Assembly (NCBI GenBank): GCA_963675745.2
Contig: CAXXWX010000026.1
Span: 544,001-608,000, forward strand
Direction: 5' to 3'
Length of the DNA: 64,000 nucleotides
Origin: Phycisphaerae bacterium
GTDB lineage: Bacteria; Planctomycetota; Phycisphaerae; UBA1845; Fen-1342
The position numbers and the translations under genes are program-made. The notes under the pieces were generated by a model. The model had not been told where the DNA came from. It saw nothing but the letters and a program-made list of their open reading frames with translations, and did no database searches. Of this stretch, positions 50,119-59,442 are shown piece after piece. The stretch's first letter is position 1. Every line of letters starts with the position of its first letter.

Positions 50119-50505
50119 GCCGGTTTTCCAACGAGAGTTGGTGCCCTACACCCGCGCAGGTTGCAGGACGAGTCCTGGATTGGCGAAATGCGATACAGTT
50201 TGTCCTATGTCCACAGCCGCCGCGGCGTTCGTTAACACCCTGACTATCTTGCACACGCGTAACGTTCTTGGGGTTGGCCGCGCGGCGTCGGTCAGGCCAG
50301 AGATAGCCGGCGCGGCCCAACTTCGCGCTTTCACGCGCGGTCCGATCTGGTATCATGTGTGTATTCCGCTGACACGGGCGATTTCGGCGGACGCGACGGC
50401 CAAGCGAACGGCTTGGCATAACGTCGTATCACTGGCCTGCCGGGCCGGTGACTGCCGCATTTCACCGAAACCCCCCCATCAGTTCTGTAGCAGTCTAGCC
50501 AGGTG

Positions 50506-50549
50506 GTCCGTTCGTGGCCGCTCGCTGAAGGAGGAACATGCCATGTCTC
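50506..50549 (+). repeat. 44-bp exact direct repeat, copy 1 (leader, RBS, start codon)
   Basis: GTCCGTTCGTGGCCGCTCGCTGAAGGAGGAACATGCCATGTCTC, identical at 55630-55673. Confidence 0.95.
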
Positions 50550-53500
50550 GCGCGCAATCCGTTCGAACGTTGGTTACCTGCTTCGCCGGCTCGCTTATCG
50601 CGGTACTCGCCGTCCCGGCTCCCGCGATCGCCGACCCACCGACGCTGCAGATCTCACTGGGCGTCCGGGAGACTCACACGGGCTCGCCAGTCGGCAGTTT
50701 CGAGTGCTACATGGGCCAGATCGAGTGGTTCGACCTGGACGGCCAGGAGCTGACGGTAGACGGGACGTGGCAGTTCTTCAGCTTCGACCTGGGTAGTGTC
50801 GCGATCACGCCGTGGCCCGGGCCCTCCGGCGGAGGTGACGGCGTCATCTCCGCGTATCAGGGGATCATCGATCACATCCGTTTCAGGAGCACGGGGGCCG
50901 CCGGGCCGTTCACGGTGTGGATCGACGAAGTCCGCGACCTGTACAGTCCCCCGCCCGTGGATTTCCTGATCAGCAGCTTCAACCTTAACGGCACCACGGG
51001 CTACCCCTTCCCGGATGGTGCCCAAGTCATGTTCCGGGAGCCGAGCTTTTCCGACACCACCAACGAGTATATCGCCCCGGGCAGTACCTCGGGAATCGAC
51101 AACACCGTCGGCCACGATGACACACACTCGGTCAAGATTGACTGGGCCTTCGTGGACGCCGATCCCAACAATTGGCTGTGTCTGATGACCTGGCAAGCCA
51201 TCTGGCAGCGCTGCCCGGTGATCGCTGAGCCGTACGGACCGGGCGGATGGTATGACAGCAGCACGATCAGCTTCTGGCTCAAGTGCAGCATGGACTGCAA
51301 CGGAAACGGCATTCCCGACGATCAGGATATTGCCGGCGGCACCAGCGAAGACTGCAACGGCAACGGCGTGCCGGATGAGTGTGATCTCGCCGACGGCGCC
51401 AGCGAGGACTGCAACGGCAACGGCGTGCCGGACGAATGCGATATTGCCGGCGGCGGCAGCGAAGACTGCAATGGGAACGGCGTGCCAGACGAATGCGAGC
51501 CGGACTGCAACGGGAACGGCGTGCCGGATGACTGCGACATCGCCGCCGGCACCAGCGCCGACTGCCAGCCGAACGGCATCCCCGACGAGTGCGACATTGC
51601 CGGCGGCGCCAGCGAAGACGGCAACGGCAACGGTATGCCCGACGAGTGCGAGATCACCTTCGGTGTCATCACTGAAATGATCGATGCCACCGGCGACGGC
51701 ACGCCGGACCATGGCCTGGAATACCCCACAGCCATCGCCGTCGACGGCGCGCGCAACATGTACGTGGCGGGGCGGACCAGCAACAACGCGTTCAAGATCA
51801 CGCCTGCCGGCGTCATCACGCAGATCATCGACGTTACCGGGGATGGCGCAGGCAATGGGTTTTATAGTCCCTACAGCATCGCCGCGGACGACGACGGCAA
51901 CGTATACGTGGCGGGAACCGGCAGCCACAACGCATTCAAGATCACGCCTGTCGGGGTCATCACCGAGATCATCGACGCCACCGGTGATGGCGCGGGCCAC
52001 GCCCTTAACGCTCCTTACGGCATCGCCGTGGACGGTGCGGGCAACGCATACGTCACGGGGTACCAAAGTAACAACGCCTTCAAAATCACGCCCGGTGGGG
52101 CCATCACGCAAATTATCGACCAATTCCCGGGCGGCGGCCATCTCAGTTATCCCTACGCCATCGCCGTGGACGACGCGGGCAACGTGTACGTGACGGGGGA
52201 CAACAGCCACAACGCGTTCAGAATCACGCCCGGCGGCGTGATTACGCAGCTCATCAACATCTCGGGCGACTACGCGGGCCATGGGCTTCTCATGCCGCGC
52301 GGTATCGCCGCGGACAACGCGGGCAACGCGTACGTCACGGGATACGGCAGCAACAACGCGTTCATGATCACACCCGGCGGGACCATCACGCAGATCATCG
52401 ACCGTGACGGCGACGGCGCGGGCCATTGGTGTCAATCGCCGAGCAGCATCACCGTGGACGATTATGGCCATGTGTACGTCGCGGGATCCCACTCCAACAA
52501 CGCGTTCATGATCACACCCGGCGGGGTCATCACGCAGATCATCGACTGGGACGGCGATGGCGCGGGCCACACGCTTTCGTTATCCCACGATATCGCCGTG
52601 GACGATGCGGGCTGCGCGTACGTGCCCGGATTCGGCAGCCACAACGCGTTCAGGATTACGCCGCCGGACTGCAACGGCAACGGCGTTGCTGACCACCACG
52701 ATATAGCCGCCGGCACCAGCGAAGACTGCAACGCCAACGGTGTGCCCGACGATTGCGAGACCGACTGCAACGGGAACGGCATCCCCGATGACTGCGACAT
52801 CGCCAGCGGCACCAGTGAGGACTGCACGGGCAACGGTATCCCCGATGAGTGCGAGCCCGACTGCAACGCCAACGGGATCGCGGATAGTTGCGACATCGAC
52901 GCCGGCACCAGTGAGGACTGCAACGGCAACGGCGTGCCGGACGAGTGCGACATCTCTGGCGGCACCAGTGAAGATTGCAACGGAAATGGGGTCCCGGACG
53001 AGTGTGACATCAGCGGCGGTGCCAGCGCCGACTGCAACGGGAACAGCGTTCCCGATGAGTGTGATATCGCTGGCGGGGCCAGTGAAGACTGCACGGGCAA
53101 CGGCATTCCCGATGAGTGCGAGCCGGACTGCAACACGAATGGGATCGCCGACAGTTGCGACATCGCCGCCGGCACCAGTGAAGACTGCAACGGGAACGGC
53201 GTGCCGGACGAGTGTGACGTCATCCCCGGCGTCACCGCCGAGATCATCGACTATACCGGTAACGTAACGGGCCACCGGCTCTACAATCCTGGCCACATTG
53301 CCGTTGACGATGCCGGCAACGTGTACGTGACGGGATACTTTAGCGACAACGCGTTCAAGATCACGCCCTGGGGGGCCATCACACAGATCATCGACTCCAC
53401 CGGCGACGGAGTAAATGGGCTTGTTGGCCCCGATGGCATCGCTGTGGATGGTGAGGGCAATGTATATGTAACCGGATACCTTAGTCAAAACGCGTTCAAG

Positions 53501-55468
53501 ATCACGCCTGGCGGGGTCGTCACACAGATCATCGACTCCACCGGCGACGGCGCTGGCAGCGAACTTAGTTATCCTCGCGGCATCGCCGTGGACGGTGCGG
53601 GCAACGTGTACGTGGTTGGGTACAACAGCCAAAACGCGTTCAAGGTCACGCCCGGCGGGGCCATCACGCAGATTATCGACTCTACTGGCGATGGCAGCGG
53701 CAATGTACTTGACGATCCATGGGCCATCGCCGTGGACGATGCGGGCAACGTGTACGTATCAGGACACTCCAGCGACAACGCCTTCAAGATCACGCCGGCC
53801 CGCGCCGTCACGCAGATCATCGATGCAACTGGCGACGGAACCGGCAATGTGCTCGACAGTGCGCGCGGCATCGCCGTGGACGACGCGGGCAACGTGTACG
53901 TAACAGGACACTACAGCGACAACGCCTTCAAGATCACGCCCGGCGGGACCGTTACGCAGATCATCGACGACACCGGGAATAGCCTTGATGGCCCTTCCGA
54001 CATCGCTGTGGACGGCGCTGGCAATGCGTATGTAACGGGAAGCGATAGCGACAACGCGTTTAAGATCACGCCCGGTGGGGTCATCACACAGATCATCGAC
54101 CAGACCGGCGACGGCGCGGGCCACACGCTTTCGGGATCTCGGGGCGTCGCCGTGGACGGTGCGGGCAACGTGTACGTGTTGGGATTCTACAGCCGCAACG
54201 CGTTCGAGATTGCGCCCAACGGCGTCATCACGCAGATCATTGACTATCACGGCGACGGCGACGGCGAACTGCTAGGTTATCCGTGGGGCATTGCCGCTGA
54301 CGATGCGGGCAACGTGTACGTGACGGGAGCCGGCACCGACAACGCGTTCAAGATCACGCCCTGGGGGTACATCACCGAGATCATCGACGCCTCCGGCGAC
54401 GGCGCAGGCCACCCCCTTGACCGTCCGCGCTGCATCGCCGTGGACGGTGCGGGCAACGTGTACGTGGTTGGGGGCTACAGCGACAATGCGTTCAAGATCA
54501 CGCCCGGCGGGGCCATCACGCAGATTATCGACTCCACCGGGGACGGCGCGGGCAATAGCTTCGATACTCCCTTCGATATTGCCGTTGACGATGCGGCCAA
54601 CGTGTATGTGACGGGATACGCCAGTGATAACGTGTTCGAGATCACGCCCTCCGGCACCATCACGCAGATCATCGACGCCTCGGGTGACGGCGCAGGCAAC
54701 ATCCTTGATGAGCCGATCGGTGTCGCCGTGGACGATCTGGGTAACGTGTACGTGACGGGAAACGAGAGCGACAATGCGTTCAGGATCACACCCGGCGGGA
54801 TCGTCACGCAGATCATCGACAGTGACGGGGATGGCATGGGTAACGTGCTGGACGGTGCGCGCGCCGTTGCGGTGGACGGTGTGGGTAACGTGTTCGTGAC
54901 GGGACAATCAAGCTGCAACATGTTCAGGATCGCGCCCGGCGGCGGCATCACGCAGATCATCGATTCGACTGGTGGCGGCACGGGCAACGGCCTTGCTTAT
55001 CCTACCGGCATCGCCGTCGATGGTACGGGAAACGTATATGTCACGGGTGCCGACAGCGACAACGCGTTCAAGGTCACGCCCGGCGGCTTCATCATCGCCC
55101 AGATCATCGACGCGACCGGCGACGGTGCTGGCAATGGACTTGATAACCCTCTCGGCGTTGCGGTGGATGGCGCGGGTAACGTGTACGTGGCCGGATACGA
55201 AAGCGGGAACGCGTTCAAGATTGCGCCGGTGGTGGATGGCGACGGTAACGGCGTTCCCGACGAGTGCGAGATGATATTCGGTGATCTGAACTGCGACGGC
55301 TGGGTCAACAACGGCGACATCGACGCGTTTGTGCTCGCAGTCAGCGACACAGCGCAATACTACGTGCTATATCCAGACTGCGAGCACATGCTTGCCGACT
55401 GCAATGGCGACGGCTGGGCCAACAACGGCGACATCGACCCCTTCGTCGCCCTGCTGATGGGAAGCTAG
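50543..55468 (+). CDS. Large secreted repeat protein: shared N-terminal domain, DCNxNG Ca-binding repeats, 21 NHL/SBBP-like blades, dockerin-like C-terminus
   Basis: RBS AAGGAGG before ATG 50543; signal peptide; about 48-aa repeats ITQIIDxTGDGAG..L..P..IAVDxAGNVYVTG..SxNAFKITPGG; GDLNCDGWVNNGDID and ADCNGDGWANNGDID. Confidence 0.9.
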   Translation: MSRAQSVRTLVTCFAGSLIAVLAVPAPAIADPPTLQISLGVRETHTGSPVGSFECYMGQIEWFDLDGQELTVDGTWQFFSFDLGSVAITPWPGPSGGGDGVISAYQGIIDHIRFRSTGAAGPFTVWIDEVRDLYSPPPVDFLISSFNLNGTTGYPFPDGAQVMFREPSFSDTTNEYIAPGSTSGIDNTVGHDDTHSVKIDWAFVDADPNNWLCLMTWQAIWQRCPVIAEPYGPGGWYDSSTISFWLKCSMDCNGNGIPDDQDIAGGTSEDCNGNGVPDECDLADGASEDCNGNGVPDECDIAGGGSEDCNGNGVPDECEPDCNGNGVPDDCDIAAGTSADCQPNGIPDECDIAGGASEDGNGNGMPDECEITFGVITEMIDATGDGTPDHGLEYPTAIAVDGARNMYVAGRTSNNAFKITPAGVITQIIDVTGDGAGNGFYSPYSIAADDDGNVYVAGTGSHNAFKITPVGVITEIIDATGDGAGHALNAPYGIAVDGAGNAYVTGYQSNNAFKITPGGAITQIIDQFPGGGHLSYPYAIAVDDAGNVYVTGDNSHNAFRITPGGVITQLINISGDYAGHGLLMPRGIAADNAGNAYVTGYGSNNAFMITPGGTITQIIDRDGDGAGHWCQSPSSITVDDYGHVYVAGSHSNNAFMITPGGVITQIIDWDGDGAGHTLSLSHDIAVDDAGCAYVPGFGSHNAFRITPPDCNGNGVADHHDIAAGTSEDCNANGVPDDCETDCNGNGIPDDCDIASGTSEDCTGNGIPDECEPDCNANGIADSCDIDAGTSEDCNGNGVPDECDISGGTSEDCNGNGVPDECDISGGASADCNGNSVPDECDIAGGASEDCTGNGIPDECEPDCNTNGIADSCDIAAGTSEDCNGNGVPDECDVIPGVTAEIIDYTGNVTGHRLYNPGHIAVDDAGNVYVTGYFSDNAFKITPWGAITQIIDSTGDGVNGLVGPDGIAVDGEGNVYVTGYLSQNAFKITPGGVVTQIIDSTGDGAGSELSYPRGIAVDGAGNVYVVGYNSQNAFKVTPGGAITQIIDSTGDGSGNVLDDPWAIAVDDAGNVYVSGHSSDNAFKITPARAVTQIIDATGDGTGNVLDSARGIAVDDAGNVYVTGHYSDNAFKITPGGTVTQIIDDTGNSLDGPSDIAVDGAGNAYVTGSDSDNAFKITPGGVITQIIDQTGDGAGHTLSGSRGVAVDGAGNVYVLGFYSRNAFEIAPNGVITQIIDYHGDGDGELLGYPWGIAADDAGNVYVTGAGTDNAFKITPWGYITEIIDASGDGAGHPLDRPRCIAVDGAGNVYVVGGYSDNAFKITPGGAITQIIDSTGDGAGNSFDTPFDIAVDDAANVYVTGYASDNVFEITPSGTITQIIDASGDGAGNILDEPIGVAVDDLGNVYVTGNESDNAFRITPGGIVTQIIDSDGDGMGNVLDGARAVAVDGVGNVFVTGQSSCNMFRIAPGGGITQIIDSTGGGTGNGLAYPTGIAVDGTGNVYVTGADSDNAFKVTPGGFIIAQIIDATGDGAGNGLDNPLGVAVDGAGNVYVAGYESGNAFKIAPVVDGDGNGVPDECEMIFGDLNCDGWVNNGDIDAFVLAVSDTAQYYVLYPDCEHMLADCNGDGWANNGDIDPFVALLMGS
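51293..51652 (+). repeat. Coding tandem repeat: 7 DCNGNGxPDEC units (13 or 19 aa)
   Basis: Counted in translation. Confidence 0.9.
51668..52666 (+). repeat. Coding tandem repeat: 7 NHL/SBBP-like blades
   Basis: Counted in translation, about 144 bp period. Confidence 0.9.
52667..53219 (+). repeat. Coding tandem repeat: 11 DCNxNG units
   Basis: Counted in translation. Confidence 0.9.
53231..55226 (+). repeat. Coding tandem repeat: 14 NHL/SBBP-like blades
   Basis: Counted in translation. Confidence 0.9.
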
Positions 55469-55629
55469 GTTAATGACTGATTGGGCACGACGGGCATCGG
55501 CACGTGTCAATGACGGGGTGACGGCGGTATGCCGCGGCGCAAGCCGCGCCAAAACGTGCTTGCTGGCTACCAAACACACGCACGGAGACTGATGTAATCG
55601 CATGTACACACCAACGTGACAACGAACGA

Positions 55630-55673
55630 GTCCGTTCGTGGCCGCTCGCTGAAGGAGGAACATGCCATGTCTC
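55630..55673 (+). repeat. 44-bp exact direct repeat, copy 2
   Basis: Identical to 50506-50549. Confidence 0.95.
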
Positions 55674-58243
55674 ACACTAAGCCCTTTCGAACCTCGGTTA
55701 CCTGCCTCGCCGGCTCGCTCATCGCGCTATTCGTCACCCCAGCCCCCGCGCCGGCCGCCCCGCCAAGCCTGTACATCGCACTGGGCATCCGCGAGACCGA
55801 CCAGGCAGGGAATATCGGCGATTTCACGACCTGCCAAACCGGCCCGATCGAGGTGTTCGCTGACGGCTATCCGCAATTGACGTTGGACGGAACGTGGCAG
55901 TTTTTCAGCTTTGACCTGGGCGACGGACCAACCTTTCCGTTCCCGTACAGTGGCGATGGCGAGATCTCTGCCGATCGCGGAACCCTCGAACACATTCACA
56001 TCGTCAGCAACGGGTTCGGCGGGCCATTCACGGTGTGGATCGACGAAGTCAGCGACGTGTACGATCCCGCCGGGCCTGACCCAAACGTGGCCCTGCTGAT
56101 CAGCAGCTTCGACGATGACGGCACGGGCAATCCGTTCCCGGACGGCGCCGAGGTCATGTTTCAAGAGCCGCACTATTCCGGCACTACTGACCAATACATC
56201 GCCCCGGGCGACACGCGTGGAATCGACAACAGCGTGGGCCACGATGACACCCACTCGGTCAGGATCCACTGGGCCTTCCTGGAGGACGATTACACGAGTT
56301 GGCTGCGTCTGACCACCTGGAACGCCCTCGCGCAGCCCTGCCCGTTGATCGCTGAGCCAAACGGACCGGCCGGAGTCTACGAGGTCAGCGTGATCAGCTT
56401 CTGGATCAAGGGCATCGTGGACTGCAACAACAACGGCATTCCCGACGATCAGGACATCGCCGGCGGCGGCAGCGATGACTGCAACGCCAACGGCGTCCCC
56501 GACGAGTGCGAGGCGATCATTGTGTACGTGGACGACGACGCAACGGGGCTGAATGACGGCAGCGGTTGGGCCGACGCCTACGTCGACCTACAGGATGCGC
56601 TGGACGAGACCCACGCCAATTGCCTGGTGTCCGAGATCTGGGTCGCCGCCGGCACGTACAAGCCCGACGGCGCGAGTCCCGGCGACCGTCTCCTCAGCTT
56701 CGAGTTGGTGGACGGTGTGGCGCTCTACGGCGGGTTCGCCGGCGACGAGACCGATCTCAGCCAACGCCCACTCGATCCCGATCCGTTCACCATCGACCCG
56801 GCCGTGGACTCCGTCCTCAGCGGCGAGATCGGAGATTCCGGCACTATATACGACAACAGCAACCACGTGGTGTACTGTGACAACTCCTCGGCCGGAATCC
56901 TAGACGGCTTCACCGTCACTGGGGGCTACGCCCCGGACGACGGCGGCGGGATGTTCATCGACTGGGCCTACGGCATGACGGTGACCAACTGCACGTTCAT
57001 GGCAAACTACTCGGAGTATACTGGTGGCGGGATGGTCATCGTCGGCGACGACACGACGGTGACCAACTGCACGTTCCGGGGGAACATCGCTGGCCTCTCA
57101 TTGGATCCCTACGTCGACGGCTACGGCGGCGGGATGAATATTGGCGGCTTAGGCACGACGGTGACCAATTGCACGTTCTGGGGCAACGAGGCTGGCCTCT
57201 TTACAGAGCACGCCTACGGCGGCGGGATGTCCTCCTGGGGCAACACGAAAGTGGCTAACTGCAAGTTCTTTGGCAACTCGGCTGGCAGCATGCCCGGTAT
57301 CTACGGCTACGGCGGTGCAATGTACATTGTGAGCTCGACGGAGGTAAATTGCTGCACGCTCAGCGCAAACTATGCGGGGGATGTTGGTGGCGGGATCTAC
57401 ATCGAGGGCGGCGCCCCAACGGTGGCCAATTGCATTCTCTGGTCCGACAACGCCCTAAATACGGCTGACGAGATTTGGGACAGCAGCGGCATGCTGGTGG
57501 TCAGCTACAGCAACGTCGATGGTGGCTGGCCGGGCGAGGGCGAGGGCAATATCGACCTCGATCCGATGTTTGCAGACGCGCCCTACGGGGACCTGCGCCT
57601 GCTCGCCGGCTCGCCGTGCATCGACGCCGGGAACAACTTGGCGTTGCCCGCCGATGTCGCCGACCTCGACAGCGATGGGGACACGGACGAGCCGATCCCC
57701 CTCGACCTTGCCGGGAACCCGCGCTTCATGGACGACCCGAACTCACCCGACTGTTGGCAGGCGCCGCTTACCTGCGGCCCCCCCCCCATCGCGGACATGG
57801 GTGCGTACGAGTTCTCTGGAGACTGCCAGCCTAACGGGGTACCCGACCTGCAGGATATCACGGACGGAACGAGCGAGGACTGCAACCATAACTGGGTCCC
57901 CGACGAGTGCGAGCCGGACGAGGACTGCAACGGCAACGGGACGCTGGATATCTGCGACATCGGCAACGGCACCAGCGAAGACTGTAACTTCAACTGGGTC
58001 CCGGACGAGTGCGAGCCGGACTTCGACGGCGACGGCCTTATCGACGACTGCGACGACGACATCGACGATGACGGCGTGCTCAACGACGACGACGTGTGCG
58101 ACTACACGCCGCCCGGCGCACCGATCGTGACCGACCCGCAAGACCCGCTCTACGGCACGCTGCGCCACGACAGCGACGGCGACTGCGATGTAGACCTGGA
58201 CGACTGGACCCTCATGCAACAGGAGTTCACTGGACCGAATTAG
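55667..58243 (+). CDS. Secreted protein: same N-terminal domain as upstream gene, right-handed beta-helix repeats, DCN and TSP3-like Ca-binding repeats, dockerin-like end
   Basis: VYVDDDATG..DGSGWADAY..LQDAL; GGGM...TVTNCTF.GN repeats; GSPCIDAG, DMGAYE; DFDGDGLIDDCDDDIDDDG. Confidence 0.9.
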   Translation: MSHTKPFRTSVTCLAGSLIALFVTPAPAPAAPPSLYIALGIRETDQAGNIGDFTTCQTGPIEVFADGYPQLTLDGTWQFFSFDLGDGPTFPFPYSGDGEISADRGTLEHIHIVSNGFGGPFTVWIDEVSDVYDPAGPDPNVALLISSFDDDGTGNPFPDGAEVMFQEPHYSGTTDQYIAPGDTRGIDNSVGHDDTHSVRIHWAFLEDDYTSWLRLTTWNALAQPCPLIAEPNGPAGVYEVSVISFWIKGIVDCNNNGIPDDQDIAGGGSDDCNANGVPDECEAIIVYVDDDATGLNDGSGWADAYVDLQDALDETHANCLVSEIWVAAGTYKPDGASPGDRLLSFELVDGVALYGGFAGDETDLSQRPLDPDPFTIDPAVDSVLSGEIGDSGTIYDNSNHVVYCDNSSAGILDGFTVTGGYAPDDGGGMFIDWAYGMTVTNCTFMANYSEYTGGGMVIVGDDTTVTNCTFRGNIAGLSLDPYVDGYGGGMNIGGLGTTVTNCTFWGNEAGLFTEHAYGGGMSSWGNTKVANCKFFGNSAGSMPGIYGYGGAMYIVSSTEVNCCTLSANYAGDVGGGIYIEGGAPTVANCILWSDNALNTADEIWDSSGMLVVSYSNVDGGWPGEGEGNIDLDPMFADAPYGDLRLLAGSPCIDAGNNLALPADVADLDSDGDTDEPIPLDLAGNPRFMDDPNSPDCWQAPLTCGPPPIADMGAYEFSGDCQPNGVPDLQDITDGTSEDCNHNWVPDECEPDEDCNGNGTLDICDIGNGTSEDCNFNWVPDECEPDFDGDGLIDDCDDDIDDDGVLNDDDVCDYTPPGAPIVTDPQDPLYGTLRHDSDGDCDVDLDDWTLMQQEFTGPN

Positions 58244-58476
58244 AGGCGCAGGTCATACGTAACGCTGCGGCGACTCGCGCGACCTTATGCCAATAAACAA
58301 CTTACGCGTTTTGTCGCGCCGACAATGCTCTCCTGCTGTTAACTCATCCTGAGCTGATGGGCACTGTCCCGTGGTTGACTCATTGGGCTTCTAGTTTGCC
58401 GAGCGCCGGCGCGTTGGCTTTGATCGTCGCCGACTACGCCGTTGTTTGGCTGTCAGAAGTGGATTCCACCGCGGGG

Positions 58477-59442
58477 CTATGGACCGGCAGTCCCGCCGCC
58501 CCCATCCTCCCGCATGCCCTGCAGGATCAAAAGGTTCTTCCTGGCTCCCTCGTTGTCCGGCATGATCTTCAGCACCTGGTGCAGGTGTTTCGCGGCCTCG
58601 TCGGTCTTGCCGAGCTGGGTGTAAGTGAAAGCCAGGCGATTGTGGGTCTCCGCGACCTCAATGTCGGCCTCCTGCATGTGCCGAATGGTCTGCAAGTCAT
58701 AGCGCGCGAGTTGGTCGGGGCCGGCGTCACGCGCGAGGAGCTTGTCGATTGCGGCCGCGCGCTGTTCATCGTCGGCGTAGGTCTCGCGGGCATTCTGTAA
58801 CATGGATCGGTAAGGCAATGTCACGTCGAGCTGGCTGGCCAGGGCTTTCGAAAAGGTCGCCCGGGCCTCTTCGAATCGACTGGCGCCAAGATAGAGAGAT
58901 GCCAGCCTGATATACAGTTGCCGCGGATCGACACCGACCCCGGTCACCTGTTCGTAGTACGCAATGGCTTCCGAGGTGTCGCCCTGCTTGGCCGACAAGA
59001 CCCCGAGACTGTAGCAGGCAAACGCCCTGTCCCGCTGACTGATTTCTCCCCGCAGCACGTCCCGCAAGATCGCCATCGCCTCGTCGACGTTGCCCATCTC
59101 GCGCCAAGCCGTGGCCAGATTAAGCCGCACGTCGACCCGGTCCGGGGCCACCTTCAGAGCCCCCAAGTACTGGCCGGCGGCCATCGCATAATTGCCCCGC
59201 CGGAGAAAGTCATCACCATAGCTCTTGAGTGTGGCGGCCTCCACGCGCCTTCCTGAGCGCGACAAGTCCTGCAACCAGGCGGGCTGAAGATAGGTCAGGC
59301 CGCCAAAGACCATGAGCACCAGCCACAGCGCGAACAAACCGAGGGTGATGATCGTCTGCCAGCGCGATGGCGCCGGTCGCGGCGGTCGGCTGATCCGACG
59401 TGGCCGCTGTTTAGCAGGTGCTGTGAAGGACAAAAAGAACAT
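58477..59442 (-). CDS. Membrane-anchored TPR protein
   Basis: N-terminal TM (IITLGLFALWLVLMVFGGL) then TPRs; overlaps 3' end of upstream gene. Confidence 0.85.
   Translation of the reverse strand: MFFLSFTAPAKQRPRRISRPPRPAPSRWQTIITLGLFALWLVLMVFGGLTYLQPAWLQDLSRSGRRVEAATLKSYGDDFLRRGNYAMAAGQYLGALKVAPDRVDVRLNLATAWREMGNVDEAMAILRDVLRGEISQRDRAFACYSLGVLSAKQGDTSEAIAYYEQVTGVGVDPRQLYIRLASLYLGASRFEEARATFSKALASQLDVTLPYRSMLQNARETYADDEQRAAAIDKLLARDAGPDQLARYDLQTIRHMQEADIEVAETHNRLAFTYTQLGKTDEAAKHLHQVLKIMPDNEGARKNLLILQGMREDGGGGTAGP

Noticed and set aside
50117..50542. 142-aa N-terminal extension of the large repeat protein (likewise 4386-4643 and 49253-49453)
   Set aside because: Downstream ATGs have signal peptides and, for 50543 and 4644, an RBS and matching paralog starts
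51293..55270. Periodic DNA repeats that could be read as a CRISPR array or DGR
   Set aside because: Repeats are in-frame, degenerate and protein coding; no cas gene, reverse transcriptase or non-coding template repeat in the window
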